Below, piece by piece: positions 1 to 8,922 of a stretch of 39,118 nucleotides of DNA. A program made the translations under genes and the position numbers. The stretch is taken from positions 1 through 39,118 of the IMG/VR virus record IMGVR_UViG_3300034341_000337; one strand, given 5' to 3'. Position 1 is the stretch's first letter; every line of letters begins with the position of its first letter. The stretch is from a virus. Taxonomy: Duplodnaviria; Caudoviricetes. A model generated the notes under the pieces. The model was given only the letters and a program-made list of their open reading frames with translations, searched no databases and was not told where the DNA came from.

Positions 1-7
1 TATATAT

Positions 8-170
8 ATTTATGTCATTCTTTCCCGCCCCCCCCCCATACCTAACCACAATCAACCCCATATATGGGGAGGGGTAAAATAAATGACATAAATGCCAAAA
101 TCCCAGTAATGGCGGGCAATATAAATGACATTGGCACCAATGCCATAAATAATGTCAAAAATAAAAAATA
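8..170. repeat. AT-rich iteron-like region, putative replication origin
   Basis: ATAAATGACAT at 79-89 and 121-131; inverted pair ATTTATGTCATT 8-19 / AATGACATAAAT 82-93; variants AATGCCAA 91, AATGCCAT 139, AATGTCAA 151; palindrome CCCCATATATGGGG 56-69. Confidence 0.5.
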
Positions 171-176
171 GGCCGC

Positions 177-212
177 TTGACATATACCCTAACGTTAGTT
201 AAGTTAAACTTA
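177..212 (+). promoter_or_regulatory. sigma70-type promoter with two overlapping palindromic operators
   Basis: TTGACA 177-182, 17-nt spacer, TAAGTT 200-205; palindromes CTAACGTTAG 189-198 and TAAGTTAAACTTA 200-212. Confidence 0.7.
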
Positions 213-236
213 TACCAAGGACAGAAAGGACTAAAC

Positions 237-581
237 ATGACTGATTTACAAAACCACGTTGACCATATCGCGGACAATCTCCGCACTTTAGAATTCGCGG
301 ACTACGATTGGGAAAATGGCGAGCCATGCGCCGGGGATTATTCTAGAGATATTTTAGACGTAGAGTATTATATCGCATCTGACGGATCGTATCGAGGCGT
401 TCGCCTATTGGTTGCATTTGGCGGCCCGAATATCTGGATCGACACCAAGCTTAAGGAAGTTCAAGGTTTTTGGTGGGATGACAAAGCAACGGCGGAGCTA
501 GTTGATAATTTGGGGCTTGATGATTTCTGGTCTGAAATGTGGGACTGCCAGAGAGTTGTTAGCGACATGAGGGGGCAATAA
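237..581 (+). CDS. Acidic hypothetical early protein (114 aa, LVAFGGPNIWID motif)
   Basis: ATG 237 follows SD AAGGA; the ORF-track TTG start at 177 is actually the -35 box. Confidence 0.8.
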   Translation: MTDLQNHVDHIADNLRTLEFADYDWENGEPCAGDYSRDILDVEYYIASDGSYRGVRLLVAFGGPNIWIDTKLKEVQGFWWDDKATAELVDNLGLDDFWSEMWDCQRVVSDMRGQ

Positions 582-583
582 AC

Positions 584-778
584 ATGACTGTAGATATAGG
601 CGAACATTGCGTTCAGTGTTTCCACTCTGTGGCGCCGGAAAGCGGACGGTACGTCAACCGAATACCAGCGGACCGTTGCGACGGTTCAAACCATCTCCAT
701 TTAGACGGTTGGCTTTGTGAAGAGTGTCTTTCACTAGCAGAGGCCACAATGGGCGGGATCAGACGCGATCATGACTAA
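584..778 (+). CDS. Small putative zinc-finger protein (CxxC...CxxC)
   Basis: CVQC and CEEC motifs; SD GAGGGGG; coupled to its neighbours. Confidence 0.7.
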   Translation: MTVDIGEHCVQCFHSVAPESGRYVNRIPADRCDGSNHLHLDGWLCEECLSLAEATMGGIRRDHD

Positions 779-1040
779 ACCGATTATCGACGGCTTAACA
801 GCTAAAAAACTGAGGCTGTCGCTTGGCCTGACGCTTGATCAAATGGGGGATATGCTTGGCTATTCGCCAAGCCCCCATCGCAAGGCGGCCGTTCACCGCC
901 TAGAAACTGGCGAGCGTGAAATCTCTCCAATCAAGGCGCGATTATTGACCGCCTATCGTTCAGGCTATCGCCCCGAAGACTGGCCGCAAGAAGTAAACAA
1001 ACCAAAGCGCAAGCGTGGCAGTTATCTACACAATGCCTAA
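771..1040 (+). CDS. XRE-family HTH regulator (Aca-like position)
   Basis: LRLSLGLTLDQMGDMLG...VHRLETGEREIS HTH pattern; last gene of the operon. Confidence 0.8.
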   Translation: MTKPIIDGLTAKKLRLSLGLTLDQMGDMLGYSPSPHRKAAVHRLETGEREISPIKARLLTAYRSGYRPEDWPQEVNKPKRKRGSYLHNA

Positions 1041-3310
1041 TTGTTAGGGGCGGCAAACCAGACCAGGTTAGGCCGTCCCTTTTTGTTTTCGTTGCGATTC
1101 TTCGAGGCTATGCCGTAATCATCGACCAAAACATCCATGACGTCTTTCCGGCGCTTCGGGTCGAGGTTGGCAAAGGCTTTCACCTTGCGGGCAATTTCGC
1201 GTTGTGACATGCCAGCCAGTCCGGCTTGTTCAATTTGCGAATAAACCGCCTTTGATATGCGCTCAAAGTCTCCATCAGCCATGATACGCGACAGGGCGTC
1301 AACCGTTCGTTCAGCGTAAAACGTCACATAGTCACGCGCCCATTTCAGCGAGCTTGTGCTTATTTCGTCTTCCTCTTTTGAACGTGCAATAATCAGGGCG
1401 ACGCGCATTATAATTTCACGGGTCCGGCCAAACATGCTTTCAAGCCCAACCTTGTCGTTTTCATTCATGCGATTGATCATGTAACTTTCAATGTCTTGTA
1501 AGATTTTGTGGCAATCTTTTGAAAATGGGATGACCATAGGATTAGGCGGGTTGTCGTAGCTGTCATGATCGATATCCCCAACAAAAGAGCTTGCACATTC
1601 GTTAAGCCAATTGATTAAACGCTCGCCCGGCTCAATATCTCGGTCAATAATGCGCGACATCTGACGGCCTCTGTGGCTTTCAACAATTAAAAAGCGGCCA
1701 AGAAATCCATCCGAAACATAGCGGCTGGATAGACTGTCATATAGTGTAGACGGTGTTGTCATGCCCAAAAGCGTCAGTGATGGGTGCTTAACTATTCGAT
1801 CAAGATCTGCGGCTTGTGATTTGGTCAGGCCCGTTTTGGCATATCCAATCTGTCTAAGTGTTGCGGCTTGCCTTCCGAAGACTTCCATCAAAGTCGTGTG
1901 GCTATCGGCCTTGTGCTGGTTTCCGGCGGCTTGGCTTGATGCTAGGACGCGGCCTAATTCATCAATGATTGCAATATGATTTGGTTGATTGACAAGTGAT
2001 GAAAAGACGCCAGCGCTTGAAGTATAGCCGCCTGGTCCGATCAATTTATCCAGCCCCGCATGTTCAAGGCAACGCTCAATCACTGTTTTCGCGTGTTCTT
2101 TTCCGGCTGCAGACTTGGCGACATTAATGAAATATAAAGCGCTGTAATTCTGCTGACACGATCGCCAGCGGCGGCCCATAGCGACAGCGCCCAATGCTAG
2201 AGCCGCTTGGACTGCAAATTGGGGCTGCTCTTTTGGAGCCGTGGTTGCGTAAAAAGTGACTACCTCATTCAAAATGCCGGGCACGGTCAGCAAATGTTCC
2301 GGGATATCATCATCTGACTTTTTACCGCCCATGATTGACTGCGCGACTTTGGCGCCATGATCGATGGCTTCCTTATCATACTCAAACGCTGAATCTGATT
2401 GCATTTCCAGCAATTGCGCGGCTTCTCTGACGGCCCTTTGGACATCGCCCGCGTGTTCGTATTGGCAAAACAGTTCGAATGCATCAAAACTATGCGCGCT
2501 ATCAAATGGATCGGACGCATGATGACTGTATGCTGTGTTGTCTTCAAAAACAGAAACGCCAGACAATCCGCTTGTGCTGCGTGGGCTTAGATATCTGTTT
2601 TTGGCTGTGCGCTTGTATCCATAAGCCTGCAGCAACATGTGGATATTATGTTCCTGATTGTAGCGATCAATAACGCTTGTACCTGCTGGCCTTGGTTTGG
2701 CTGGCATAGTCGGTGACTTGTCTACATAGTCTGGATCAATCGATTCCATTTGCGGCTTAAAGCGTTTCCAGTTTTCCCAAAGCATGCGCAATTGTTGCGG
2801 CAGCTCTGGCAACCCTATTTCCAATGATCGACCTGCCCATTCATAAGGCATTCCGGTATCCGGGTGAATACTTGGCGGCAAAACGTCTTGTGTCGAACCT
2901 GCGCGCAATTCGAATATGACCCCGACATTCGGCCATGACAGACTGACACGGCTTTTGATTGTGTCGGGACATTTAAATATTACTTTGGCCCTGCCAGAAC
3001 GTCCGACAATTTGCGGACCTGATGCCAGAATTGCATCATAATCGATGCCAAGAGCAGCCCAACATTGTTTGGTACGCTCGACATCATCTATGTCTATTGC
3101 ACATGTACCGCTGGCGCTGTGAAGCAAGCCCATATTAAATGTCGGGTGCTGTTCATAGTGAATGACCGCCTGGTCTGAATCCACAAGCGCACGCTCGACC
3201 TGTTGCCAGCCGTACGACTTAGGCGCCTTTGATCCCGCCGGGATGCTTACCAGACCCCATTGCATCTTGCTCGTGTAGAAATCTGCCCAGCCACTTGTTG
3301 TTTTTTTCAT
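1037..3310 (-). CDS. Bifunctional DNA primase/polymerase fused to a DUF3987-like helicase/NTPase domain
   Basis: N-terminal Prim-Pol motifs (KAP..GW, NMGL, AIDID, VLPPSIHPDTG..YEW); C-terminal AKSAAGKE Walker A-like and IIDE Walker B; SD AAGGAGA. Confidence 0.85.
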   Translation of the reverse strand: MKKTTSGWADFYTSKMQWGLVSIPAGSKAPKSYGWQQVERALVDSDQAVIHYEQHPTFNMGLLHSASGTCAIDIDDVERTKQCWAALGIDYDAILASGPQIVGRSGRAKVIFKCPDTIKSRVSLSWPNVGVIFELRAGSTQDVLPPSIHPDTGMPYEWAGRSLEIGLPELPQQLRMLWENWKRFKPQMESIDPDYVDKSPTMPAKPRPAGTSVIDRYNQEHNIHMLLQAYGYKRTAKNRYLSPRSTSGLSGVSVFEDNTAYSHHASDPFDSAHSFDAFELFCQYEHAGDVQRAVREAAQLLEMQSDSAFEYDKEAIDHGAKVAQSIMGGKKSDDDIPEHLLTVPGILNEVVTFYATTAPKEQPQFAVQAALALGAVAMGRRWRSCQQNYSALYFINVAKSAAGKEHAKTVIERCLEHAGLDKLIGPGGYTSSAGVFSSLVNQPNHIAIIDELGRVLASSQAAGNQHKADSHTTLMEVFGRQAATLRQIGYAKTGLTKSQAADLDRIVKHPSLTLLGMTTPSTLYDSLSSRYVSDGFLGRFLIVESHRGRQMSRIIDRDIEPGERLINWLNECASSFVGDIDHDSYDNPPNPMVIPFSKDCHKILQDIESYMINRMNENDKVGLESMFGRTREIIMRVALIIARSKEEDEISTSSLKWARDYVTFYAERTVDALSRIMADGDFERISKAVYSQIEQAGLAGMSQREIARKVKAFANLDPKRRKDVMDVLVDDYGIASKNRNENKKGRPNLVWFAAPNN

Positions 3311-3328
3311 AAAAATCTCCTTGGTCGG

Positions 3329-3360
3329 TTGACTTAATATAAGCCATGCTTATAAGTCAA
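3329..3360. promoter_or_regulatory. Overlapping divergent promoters with a central operator
   Basis: TTGACTTA...TAAGTCAA inverted repeat gives a TTGACT -35 on each strand and encloses ATAAGC-CAT-GCTTAT; lies between the divergent primase and recombination operons. Confidence 0.7.
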
Positions 3361-3388
3361 TGGGTAGAAAGAAAGAAAGGATAGATAA

Positions 3389-3766
3389 ATGTCTAATATC
3401 GCTACAATTGCGTCTGCATGGCTTGACGCTAAAAAAGCCGAAAACGCCGCCAAGGAGCGGCGCATCAATCTAGAAACTGAACTATGCGAAGCCTTCGACG
3501 TCAAGGAAGAAGGCACAATTACGCACAGCATAGATGGTTTTAAGATCCAGTTAAATCAGAGGGTATCTCGCAAGGTTGATCCTAAAGCATGGGATCTGGT
3601 GCGTGATAAATGCCCGGAAGTAATCTGGCCGGTCAAGATGGTTCCGACCGTTGACCTGTCCATGATGCGCTGGTTGCAGAACAATGAGCCTGAAATCTGG
3701 GCTAATATTGCAAGAGCGTTCACAACATCCAAGCAGAAAGTAGGAGTGAAAGTAACCAATGATTGA
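3389..3766 (+). CDS. Phage recombination-module protein (Gam/Gp157-like position)
   Basis: N-terminal coiled helix (WLDAKKAENAAKERRINLE); typical position upstream of the AAA/SSB genes; SD AAAGGA. Confidence 0.6.
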   Translation: MSNIATIASAWLDAKKAENAAKERRINLETELCEAFDVKEEGTITHSIDGFKIQLNQRVSRKVDPKAWDLVRDKCPEVIWPVKMVPTVDLSMMRWLQNNEPEIWANIARAFTTSKQKVGVKVTND

Positions 3767-4511
3767 TCTTAATAGTTTATCGACACCGACGGGTCAGAGG
3801 CCCGTCATTTGCACCATTTTTGGTGAAGGCGGGATGGGCAAGACAACACTTGCCGCCATGTTCCCGAAGCCTGTGATTATCAGGACTGAGGACGGCACGG
3901 CTAGTCTGCAGGGCAATGAAAATGTCGCTTTGTTTCCGTTAGCGCGGTCCAGCAATGATGTTTTTGGTGCCATTGAGTCGCTTGCGGTGAATGACCATGA
4001 CTTTAAAACTGTGGTGATTGATTCAATCACGCAACTTGCAAGCATGGTTGAGCAGGAGATCGTAGAGGCTGATCCAAAAGCCAAGTCTATCAGTCAGGCT
4101 GGCGGTGGATACGGCGCCGGGTTCAATGCAGCGGCTGAAATCCATCGATCACTGCGGGATTGGGCTGGTAATCTGGCCTATGAGAAAAACATGAATGTTG
4201 TTTTCATTGGTCACGCCGACACCGAAACGATTGAGTTGCCAGACTATGATCCATATGCACGTTACACCGTGCGGATGCACAAGAAGGCAATTCCAAATTA
4301 CACAGATAATGTTGACCTGGTCGGTTTGATCAGACTTAAAACATTTGTGCGCGGTGATGGTGAGCGCAAACGTGCCATTAGCACGGGCGAGCGGGAGATT
4401 ATTTGTTATCCGCAAGCCGCCTCGGTCACTAAAAACCGTTTTGGCATCACTGATGCTATTCCGTTTACTTTTGATGGCGGAAACCCTTTTGAACCATTCG
4501 TCAGCCAGTAG
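3759..4511 (+). CDS. AAA_24-type ATPase (Sak4-like recombination protein)
   Basis: Walker A GEGGMGKT, Walker B VVIDS, GGYGAG, FIGH and KNRF motifs. Confidence 0.88.
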   Translation: MIDLNSLSTPTGQRPVICTIFGEGGMGKTTLAAMFPKPVIIRTEDGTASLQGNENVALFPLARSSNDVFGAIESLAVNDHDFKTVVIDSITQLASMVEQEIVEADPKAKSISQAGGGYGAGFNAAAEIHRSLRDWAGNLAYEKNMNVVFIGHADTETIELPDYDPYARYTVRMHKKAIPNYTDNVDLVGLIRLKTFVRGDGERKRAISTGEREIICYPQAASVTKNRFGITDAIPFTFDGGNPFEPFVSQ

Positions 4512-4520
4512 GAGATAAAA

Positions 4521-4964
4521 ATGAGACTTGATGGATTTAATGCGAGCGACTTTGCACCAAGCCAAAGCTATGAGCCGATCCCCGAAGGGACTTACAAGGC
4601 GGTCATTACTGAGTCGGAAGAAAAGCCGACAAAAGCAGGTACTGGCAGCTACATGCAACTGACTGTTGAGATCATCGACGGTCAGCACAGCGGACGTAAA
4701 CTGATTGACCGGCTCAATCTTAATAACCCTAACAAGGTGGCAGTGGATATCGCGCAGCGCACCTTGTCGTCTATCTGTCGCGCAACGGGTGTGATGACAC
4801 CGACTGACAGTCAGGAGCTGCACGACAAGCCTATGATGGTCAAAGTGGTTATTCGCCCGGCGCAGGGTGAGTATTCTGCCAGCAATGAGATTAAATCTTA
4901 CATGGTTGGTGAGAGCATTCCTGCACAAGCTGCTACAAACAGCAAGCCAAGCTGGGCGCGTTAG
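4521..4964 (+). CDS. DUF669-like single-stranded DNA-binding protein
   Basis: PIPEGTY, E.K.TKAGTG, LSSICRATG, NEIK motifs and C-terminal PSWAR; follows the Sak4-like gene. Confidence 0.82.
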   Translation: MRLDGFNASDFAPSQSYEPIPEGTYKAVITESEEKPTKAGTGSYMQLTVEIIDGQHSGRKLIDRLNLNNPNKVAVDIAQRTLSSICRATGVMTPTDSQELHDKPMMVKVVIRPAQGEYSASNEIKSYMVGESIPAQAATNSKPSWAR

Positions 4965-4965
4965 T

Positions 4966-5919
4966 ATGGACTTGTCGCGTTATGCAAATGCTAAGACCGT
5001 AGATGCCATTTACGAGCATTATCTCAAGACACGCGATGACTGGAGGCGTCCCCATTTGGGGGCGTCTCAAATAGGTAAAGAATGTGAGAGGGCGCTATGG
5101 TATCAGTTCCGCTGGAGCTGGGCGCCTGATCATGATGGCCGATTGCTACGCATGTTTGACACTGGCAACCATGAGGAAGCCAGGATTGTTGCTGATCTGA
5201 GGGCGATAGGTGTCAGAGTGTGGGAAGTTGACGATGCCACTGGCGAGCAGATTAATTTTAAAAGGTTTGGTGGTCACTTTGCTGCCAGTCTCGATGGCGT
5301 AGGCGCAGACTTTCCAGAAGGCAAGGAGTCGGCGGTCCTAGAGTTCAAAACTGCCAATGAGAAGAGTTTTAAAAGCACCAAGAAAGATGGTGTAGAGAAG
5401 TCAAAGCCCGTGTACTGGGCGCAGTGTCAGGTCAATATGTTACTGTCTGACCTGAACCGCTGCATGTTTGTCATGGTGAATAAGAACACTGACGAGATTT
5501 ACGTTGAGCGGATTAAATATGACAAGGCATATGCTGAAAGTCTGATTGCCAAGGCAGACAAGATTATATTTTCCGACAAGCCACTGACAAAGATCGCGGA
5601 AAGTGAAGATTGGTTTGCCTGCAAGTTTTGCGAGTATCGCCCGATCTGTCATCGAGGCATGGTGCCGGAAGTTAATTGCAGGACATGCGCCAAGGCAACG
5701 GTTGAGACAGATGGAAGCTGGACGTGTGGCGTTAGCGGCAAGATGTTGAGCATAACAGAGCAGAAGCAAGGCTGCGATAAGCACATATACAATCCATACG
5801 GCATGCCGTGGGGCGTTGTTGATGCGGGGGAGGACTGGGTTGAGTATGAGAGCGGAATCAGAAATGAAGGCAACAGCAAAGCCATTTACGCTGAGACCCT
5901 ATCAAAGGTCGGCGATTGA
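4966..5919 (+). CDS. Cas4-like PD-(D/E)xK exonuclease with Cys clusters
   Basis: HLGASQIGKEC, LDG, EFKT, YWAQCQ, CKFCEYRPIC, CRTC; start moved to ATG 4966, just after the upstream stop. Confidence 0.85.
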   Translation: MDLSRYANAKTVDAIYEHYLKTRDDWRRPHLGASQIGKECERALWYQFRWSWAPDHDGRLLRMFDTGNHEEARIVADLRAIGVRVWEVDDATGEQINFKRFGGHFAASLDGVGADFPEGKESAVLEFKTANEKSFKSTKKDGVEKSKPVYWAQCQVNMLLSDLNRCMFVMVNKNTDEIYVERIKYDKAYAESLIAKADKIIFSDKPLTKIAESEDWFACKFCEYRPICHRGMVPEVNCRTCAKATVETDGSWTCGVSGKMLSITEQKQGCDKHIYNPYGMPWGVVDAGEDWVEYESGIRNEGNSKAIYAETLSKVGD

Positions 5920-7444
5920 CAGCACATATGATTACTTATCTGGCGGCAAAGGCGAGAACCCCTTGATCGTGGCGCCTACGGGCGCAGGCAAGACAGCGAT
6001 CATCGCGCAGATAGTTAAAGATGCGTTAAAATGGGATGGCAGGATAATTATTCTGGCACATGTTAAGGAGCTGTTGCTGCAAGGGGTCGATGGTCTGCGT
6101 AAGATGTGTCCAGACGCTGACATTGGTTTGTACTCTGCCGGGTTAAAGAAAAAGCAGACTGACAAGCAGGTAACATTTGCTGGTATCCAGAGCATATACA
6201 ACAAGGCGGACAAGATAGGGGCAGCAGACATCATTTTGATTGATGAGGCGCATATGATCCCTCGCAGAAAAGATTCGCGCTACGGGTCGTTTCTGAGCCG
6301 TATGAGGGAAATAAACCCCAAGGTTAAGTTTATTGGTCTAACGGCAACGCCTTACAGGCTGGATAGTGGAATGTTGCATAAGGGTAAGCATGCAATGTTT
6401 GACGGAATTTCTTACGACATCAAGATTGGTGATCTGATCAATGATGGTTACTTGTCGTCTGTTGTTTCGAGGGCTGTGGATAAAGAGATTGATCTGACCA
6501 ATGTCCGCAAGACAGCGGGTGATTTTAATGAGCATGACCTGGCACTAGCTGCGTCTGATCCAGAGCTGGTTGCGTCTGCGGTTAGGGAGATAACGACATT
6601 AGGCAAGGACCGGAAGTCATGGTTGATATTTGCCAGTGGTGTTGATCACGCATATCTGGTGGCCGAAACTATCACTGATAAAGGTGTTCACAGTGAAGTT
6701 ATAACGGGTGAGTGTGACGCGGCCAGCAGGGCTGACAAGATCGCCAGGTTCAAGTCTGGTGAGTTGCGGTGCCTAATAAATGTTAATGTTCTGACAACGG
6801 GCTTTGATGCACCTAATATTGATTTGATTGCCATATTGAGGGCAACGGAAAGCACAGGCTTATATGTTCAGATTGTGGGGCGTGGTACGAGGCTGAACCC
6901 CGGCAAGAAAGATTGTCTCATTCTGGATTATGGCGGCAATGTTGATCGTCACGGCTTGATAGATGGACTAAGCCCCAAGAAGAAGGGTGGCGGCGGCGGT
7001 GGCGAGGCGCCTGTTAAGGTTTGCAAGAAATGTCAGAAGCATTGCCCGACAGGCTGTCTGGTTTGTCCGCATTGCGGTAATGAGTTTCCGCCCAGAGAGC
7101 TTAACCATGATCGCAGAAGTTATTCGGGGGCATTGCTGGGGCAAAGGGACGAGCCTGTCTGGCATAAAGTTGATGATGTCAGATACTACAGGCACGTTAA
7201 GAACGGAAAGCCTGACAGTGTTAAGGTGACTTATAGATGTGGTCTTAATTATTATTATGACTGGCTATGCCCTGAGCATGGCGGTTATGCGACCATGAAG
7301 TATCTTAAATTATGTCCGGTTCTAGGATCTACTGCGAAGAGTACAGAAGAGGCTCTCAGGCAGGCTCGCAATTGGAAGAAGCCAAGAATGATAATGGTGG
7401 TAAAAGATGGAAAATACGACAAGATCAAACAATTCCAATATTAG
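5864..7444 (+). CDS. Superfamily II DEAH helicase (RadD/YejH-like) with zinc ribbon
   Basis: LRPYQ, PTGAGKT, DEAH, TAT, LTTGFDAP, QIVGRGTR, CKKC..CPHC; likely start ATG 5864. Confidence 0.92.
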   Translation: MKATAKPFTLRPYQRSAIDSTYDYLSGGKGENPLIVAPTGAGKTAIIAQIVKDALKWDGRIIILAHVKELLLQGVDGLRKMCPDADIGLYSAGLKKKQTDKQVTFAGIQSIYNKADKIGAADIILIDEAHMIPRRKDSRYGSFLSRMREINPKVKFIGLTATPYRLDSGMLHKGKHAMFDGISYDIKIGDLINDGYLSSVVSRAVDKEIDLTNVRKTAGDFNEHDLALAASDPELVASAVREITTLGKDRKSWLIFASGVDHAYLVAETITDKGVHSEVITGECDAASRADKIARFKSGELRCLINVNVLTTGFDAPNIDLIAILRATESTGLYVQIVGRGTRLNPGKKDCLILDYGGNVDRHGLIDGLSPKKKGGGGGGEAPVKVCKKCQKHCPTGCLVCPHCGNEFPPRELNHDRRSYSGALLGQRDEPVWHKVDDVRYYRHVKNGKPDSVKVTYRCGLNYYYDWLCPEHGGYATMKYLKLCPVLGSTAKSTEEALRQARNWKKPRMIMVVKDGKYDKIKQFQY

Positions 7445-7586
7445 TTATGCCGATCAGGGTTGCCGGGGCTGTATGAATTTTTACGATGGCAAGTACTGTA
7501 AGAAGTGGCGTGATATTGTGCCGAAAGATGTTGTACCAAAAGGCTGTGATGCTGTTGATCAGTTTCCGCCATTTCCGGAGGATTGA
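7407..7586 (+). CDS. Small Cys-rich protein (59 aa; not in ORF track)
   Basis: Manual translation MENTTRSNN...CRGCMNFYDGKYCKKW...GCDAVDQFPPFPED fills the gap between the helicase and the next gene. Confidence 0.6.
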   Translation: MENTTRSNNSNISYADQGCRGCMNFYDGKYCKKWRDIVPKDVVPKGCDAVDQFPPFPED

Positions 7587-7588
7587 GA

Positions 7589-7882
7589 ATGAATAGAAGC
7601 GAAACGATAGTGCAGGCTCAGCTTGTCATAACGGGCGAGCGACATGATGATTATGGCGATGCAAAGGATAATTTTACCAATATCGCGTCTGGCTGGAGCA
7701 AGATCATAGATGAGGCGTACCGCGTACACGGTGAAATAACACCCATGCACGTTGCATTGATGATGGATTGGATGAAGACTTGCCGACTATTAAACGACAT
7801 AGAGAATGAAGATTCATGGGTAGACAAGATAGGATACTCTGCCTTGGGATCTGAGATCGCGGAGACATATGGTCAAGATTAG
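7589..7882 (+). CDS. DUF6378-like phage protein
   Basis: R..DYG...NF..IA..WS, VALMMDWMK..R, DSWVDKIGY motifs; SD GGAGGA. Confidence 0.82.
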   Translation: MNRSETIVQAQLVITGERHDDYGDAKDNFTNIASGWSKIIDEAYRVHGEITPMHVALMMDWMKTCRLLNDIENEDSWVDKIGYSALGSEIAETYGQD

Positions 7883-8237
7883 TCAGTACACCCAGAAACC
7901 ACCAAGCGAGCATGAAGAACAAGTCGGCTTGGTAATGTGGTTTAGAAACAGATTTCCAGACGTTTTAATTTACGCAATACCAAACGGGGACAAGCGGTCT
8001 GTCAGTGTAGGCAGACGCTTGAAGAAAGAAGGTGTCGTGGCAGGAATGCCTGACCTTCATGTCCCTGAGTGGAATTTGTGGATTGAGATGAAACGGGCTA
8101 AGGGTGGCAGCTTGTCGAGCAAGCAAAAAGACATCATTGAGTATTTGAAATCAATTGACCAAACCGTAATTGTTGGCAAAGGCGCATCTGATGCCTCTCG
8201 TCAGATTATCGAGTTTTTTGAGGGCTTTCCTTCATAA
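7869..8237 (+). CDS. VRR-NUC domain nuclease (resolvase-like)
   Basis: EHEEQ, AIPNG, EGVVAGMPDL, IEMK, G.LS..Q motifs. Confidence 0.88.
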   Translation: MVKISQYTQKPPSEHEEQVGLVMWFRNRFPDVLIYAIPNGDKRSVSVGRRLKKEGVVAGMPDLHVPEWNLWIEMKRAKGGSLSSKQKDIIEYLKSIDQTVIVGKGASDASRQIIEFFEGFPS

Positions 8238-8409
8238 GCGTTTCCAGCTTCAAGCCTGGCAAGACTTGCATCAGCTTTATTCCCATAGCCAGTGACACAT
8301 TATGTTTGCCGCGCTCAATGCCGCAAATGTGAGCAGCTGTGCAACCAAGGTGATCAGCCAGTTCTTGTTGGGTAAAACCCTCAGTAATTCTTGCTTCTTT
8401 TAAATTCAT
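8206..8409 (-). CDS. XRE/Cro-like HTH repressor (67 aa)
   Basis: LKEARITEGFTQQELADHLGCTAAHICGIERG; start moved to ATG 8409; divergent from the accessory operon. Confidence 0.85.
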   Translation of the reverse strand: MNLKEARITEGFTQQELADHLGCTAAHICGIERGKHNVSLAMGIKLMQVLPGLKLETLMKESPQKTR

Positions 8410-8433
8410 TTTATTCTCTTTTATAAAAATTAG

Positions 8434-8483
8434 TAAGCGATGCTTGACAGTGCTTATGAAGCATGGCTTAACAGAATAGTCAA
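8434..8483. promoter_or_regulatory. Divergent promoters with two AAGC-N3-GCTT operators
   Basis: TTGACA 8444-8449 (+) and TTGACT 8483-8478 (-); AAGCGATGCTT 8435-8445 and AAGCATGGCTT 8459-8469 match the motif at 3341-3351. Confidence 0.7.
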
Positions 8484-8497
8484 TAGAGGAGATAGAG

Positions 8498-8737
8498 ATG
8501 TACCACACAAGTTTTTATTCAGACACAGAACGTGACCGTGACCGGCGCCAGAGATGGTTTTTTCTTGATCACACGCCAGAGCTTGATGAGGCTATTGAGG
8601 TGCTTAATCAATTGCCTTGGTGGTTTGATGGTGATTGTATTTGTGAGGCTATTCCGCTTCTTATATTCAAATCAGACTGGAATGATGAGGAGCGTGACTG
8701 GGCAGAAGAGTACATATGCAGCGGAATCAGGAAGTAA
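8498..8737 (+). CDS. Hypothetical acidic Trp-rich protein
   Basis: SD GAGGAG; first gene after the promoter; TAATG coupling to the next gene. Confidence 0.7.
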   Translation: MYHTSFYSDTERDRDRRQRWFFLDHTPELDEAIEVLNQLPWWFDGDCICEAIPLLIFKSDWNDEERDWAEEYICSGIRK

Positions 8738-8922
8738 TGGGACACAAGGAAATATTAGAGAATCTGGTAGGCATTGCCAGGCAGATACAGAACGAAAAAT
8801 ATATTGATCTGGTAAATGCCACCATGGAGTATGAGGTCGCGGTTAAGGAGCATAGAGAAGCTCTGAAAAATATGATCGCAGCAGAAGAAGATTTTGAAGA
8901 GTATAAGAGGACAGTGACATGA
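8737..8922 (+). CDS. Hypothetical coiled-coil protein
   Basis: TAATG and ATGA coupling on either side; start moved to 8737. Confidence 0.65.
   Translation: MGHKEILENLVGIARQIQNEKYIDLVNATMEYEVAVKEHREALKNMIAAEEDFEEYKRTVT

Noticed and set aside
199-213. Near-CtrA box TTAA-N7-TTAT in the first promoter
   Set aside because: One mismatch in an AT-rich region, better explained by the local palindromes.
4149-4928. 259-aa - strand ORF and other antisense ORFs such as 24866-25363
   Set aside because: Fully antisense to well-supported genes, with no recognisable motifs.
4966-5919. Cas4-like gene as part of a CRISPR-Cas system
   Set aside because: No cas1/cas2 or array; it sits in a standard phage recombination operon.
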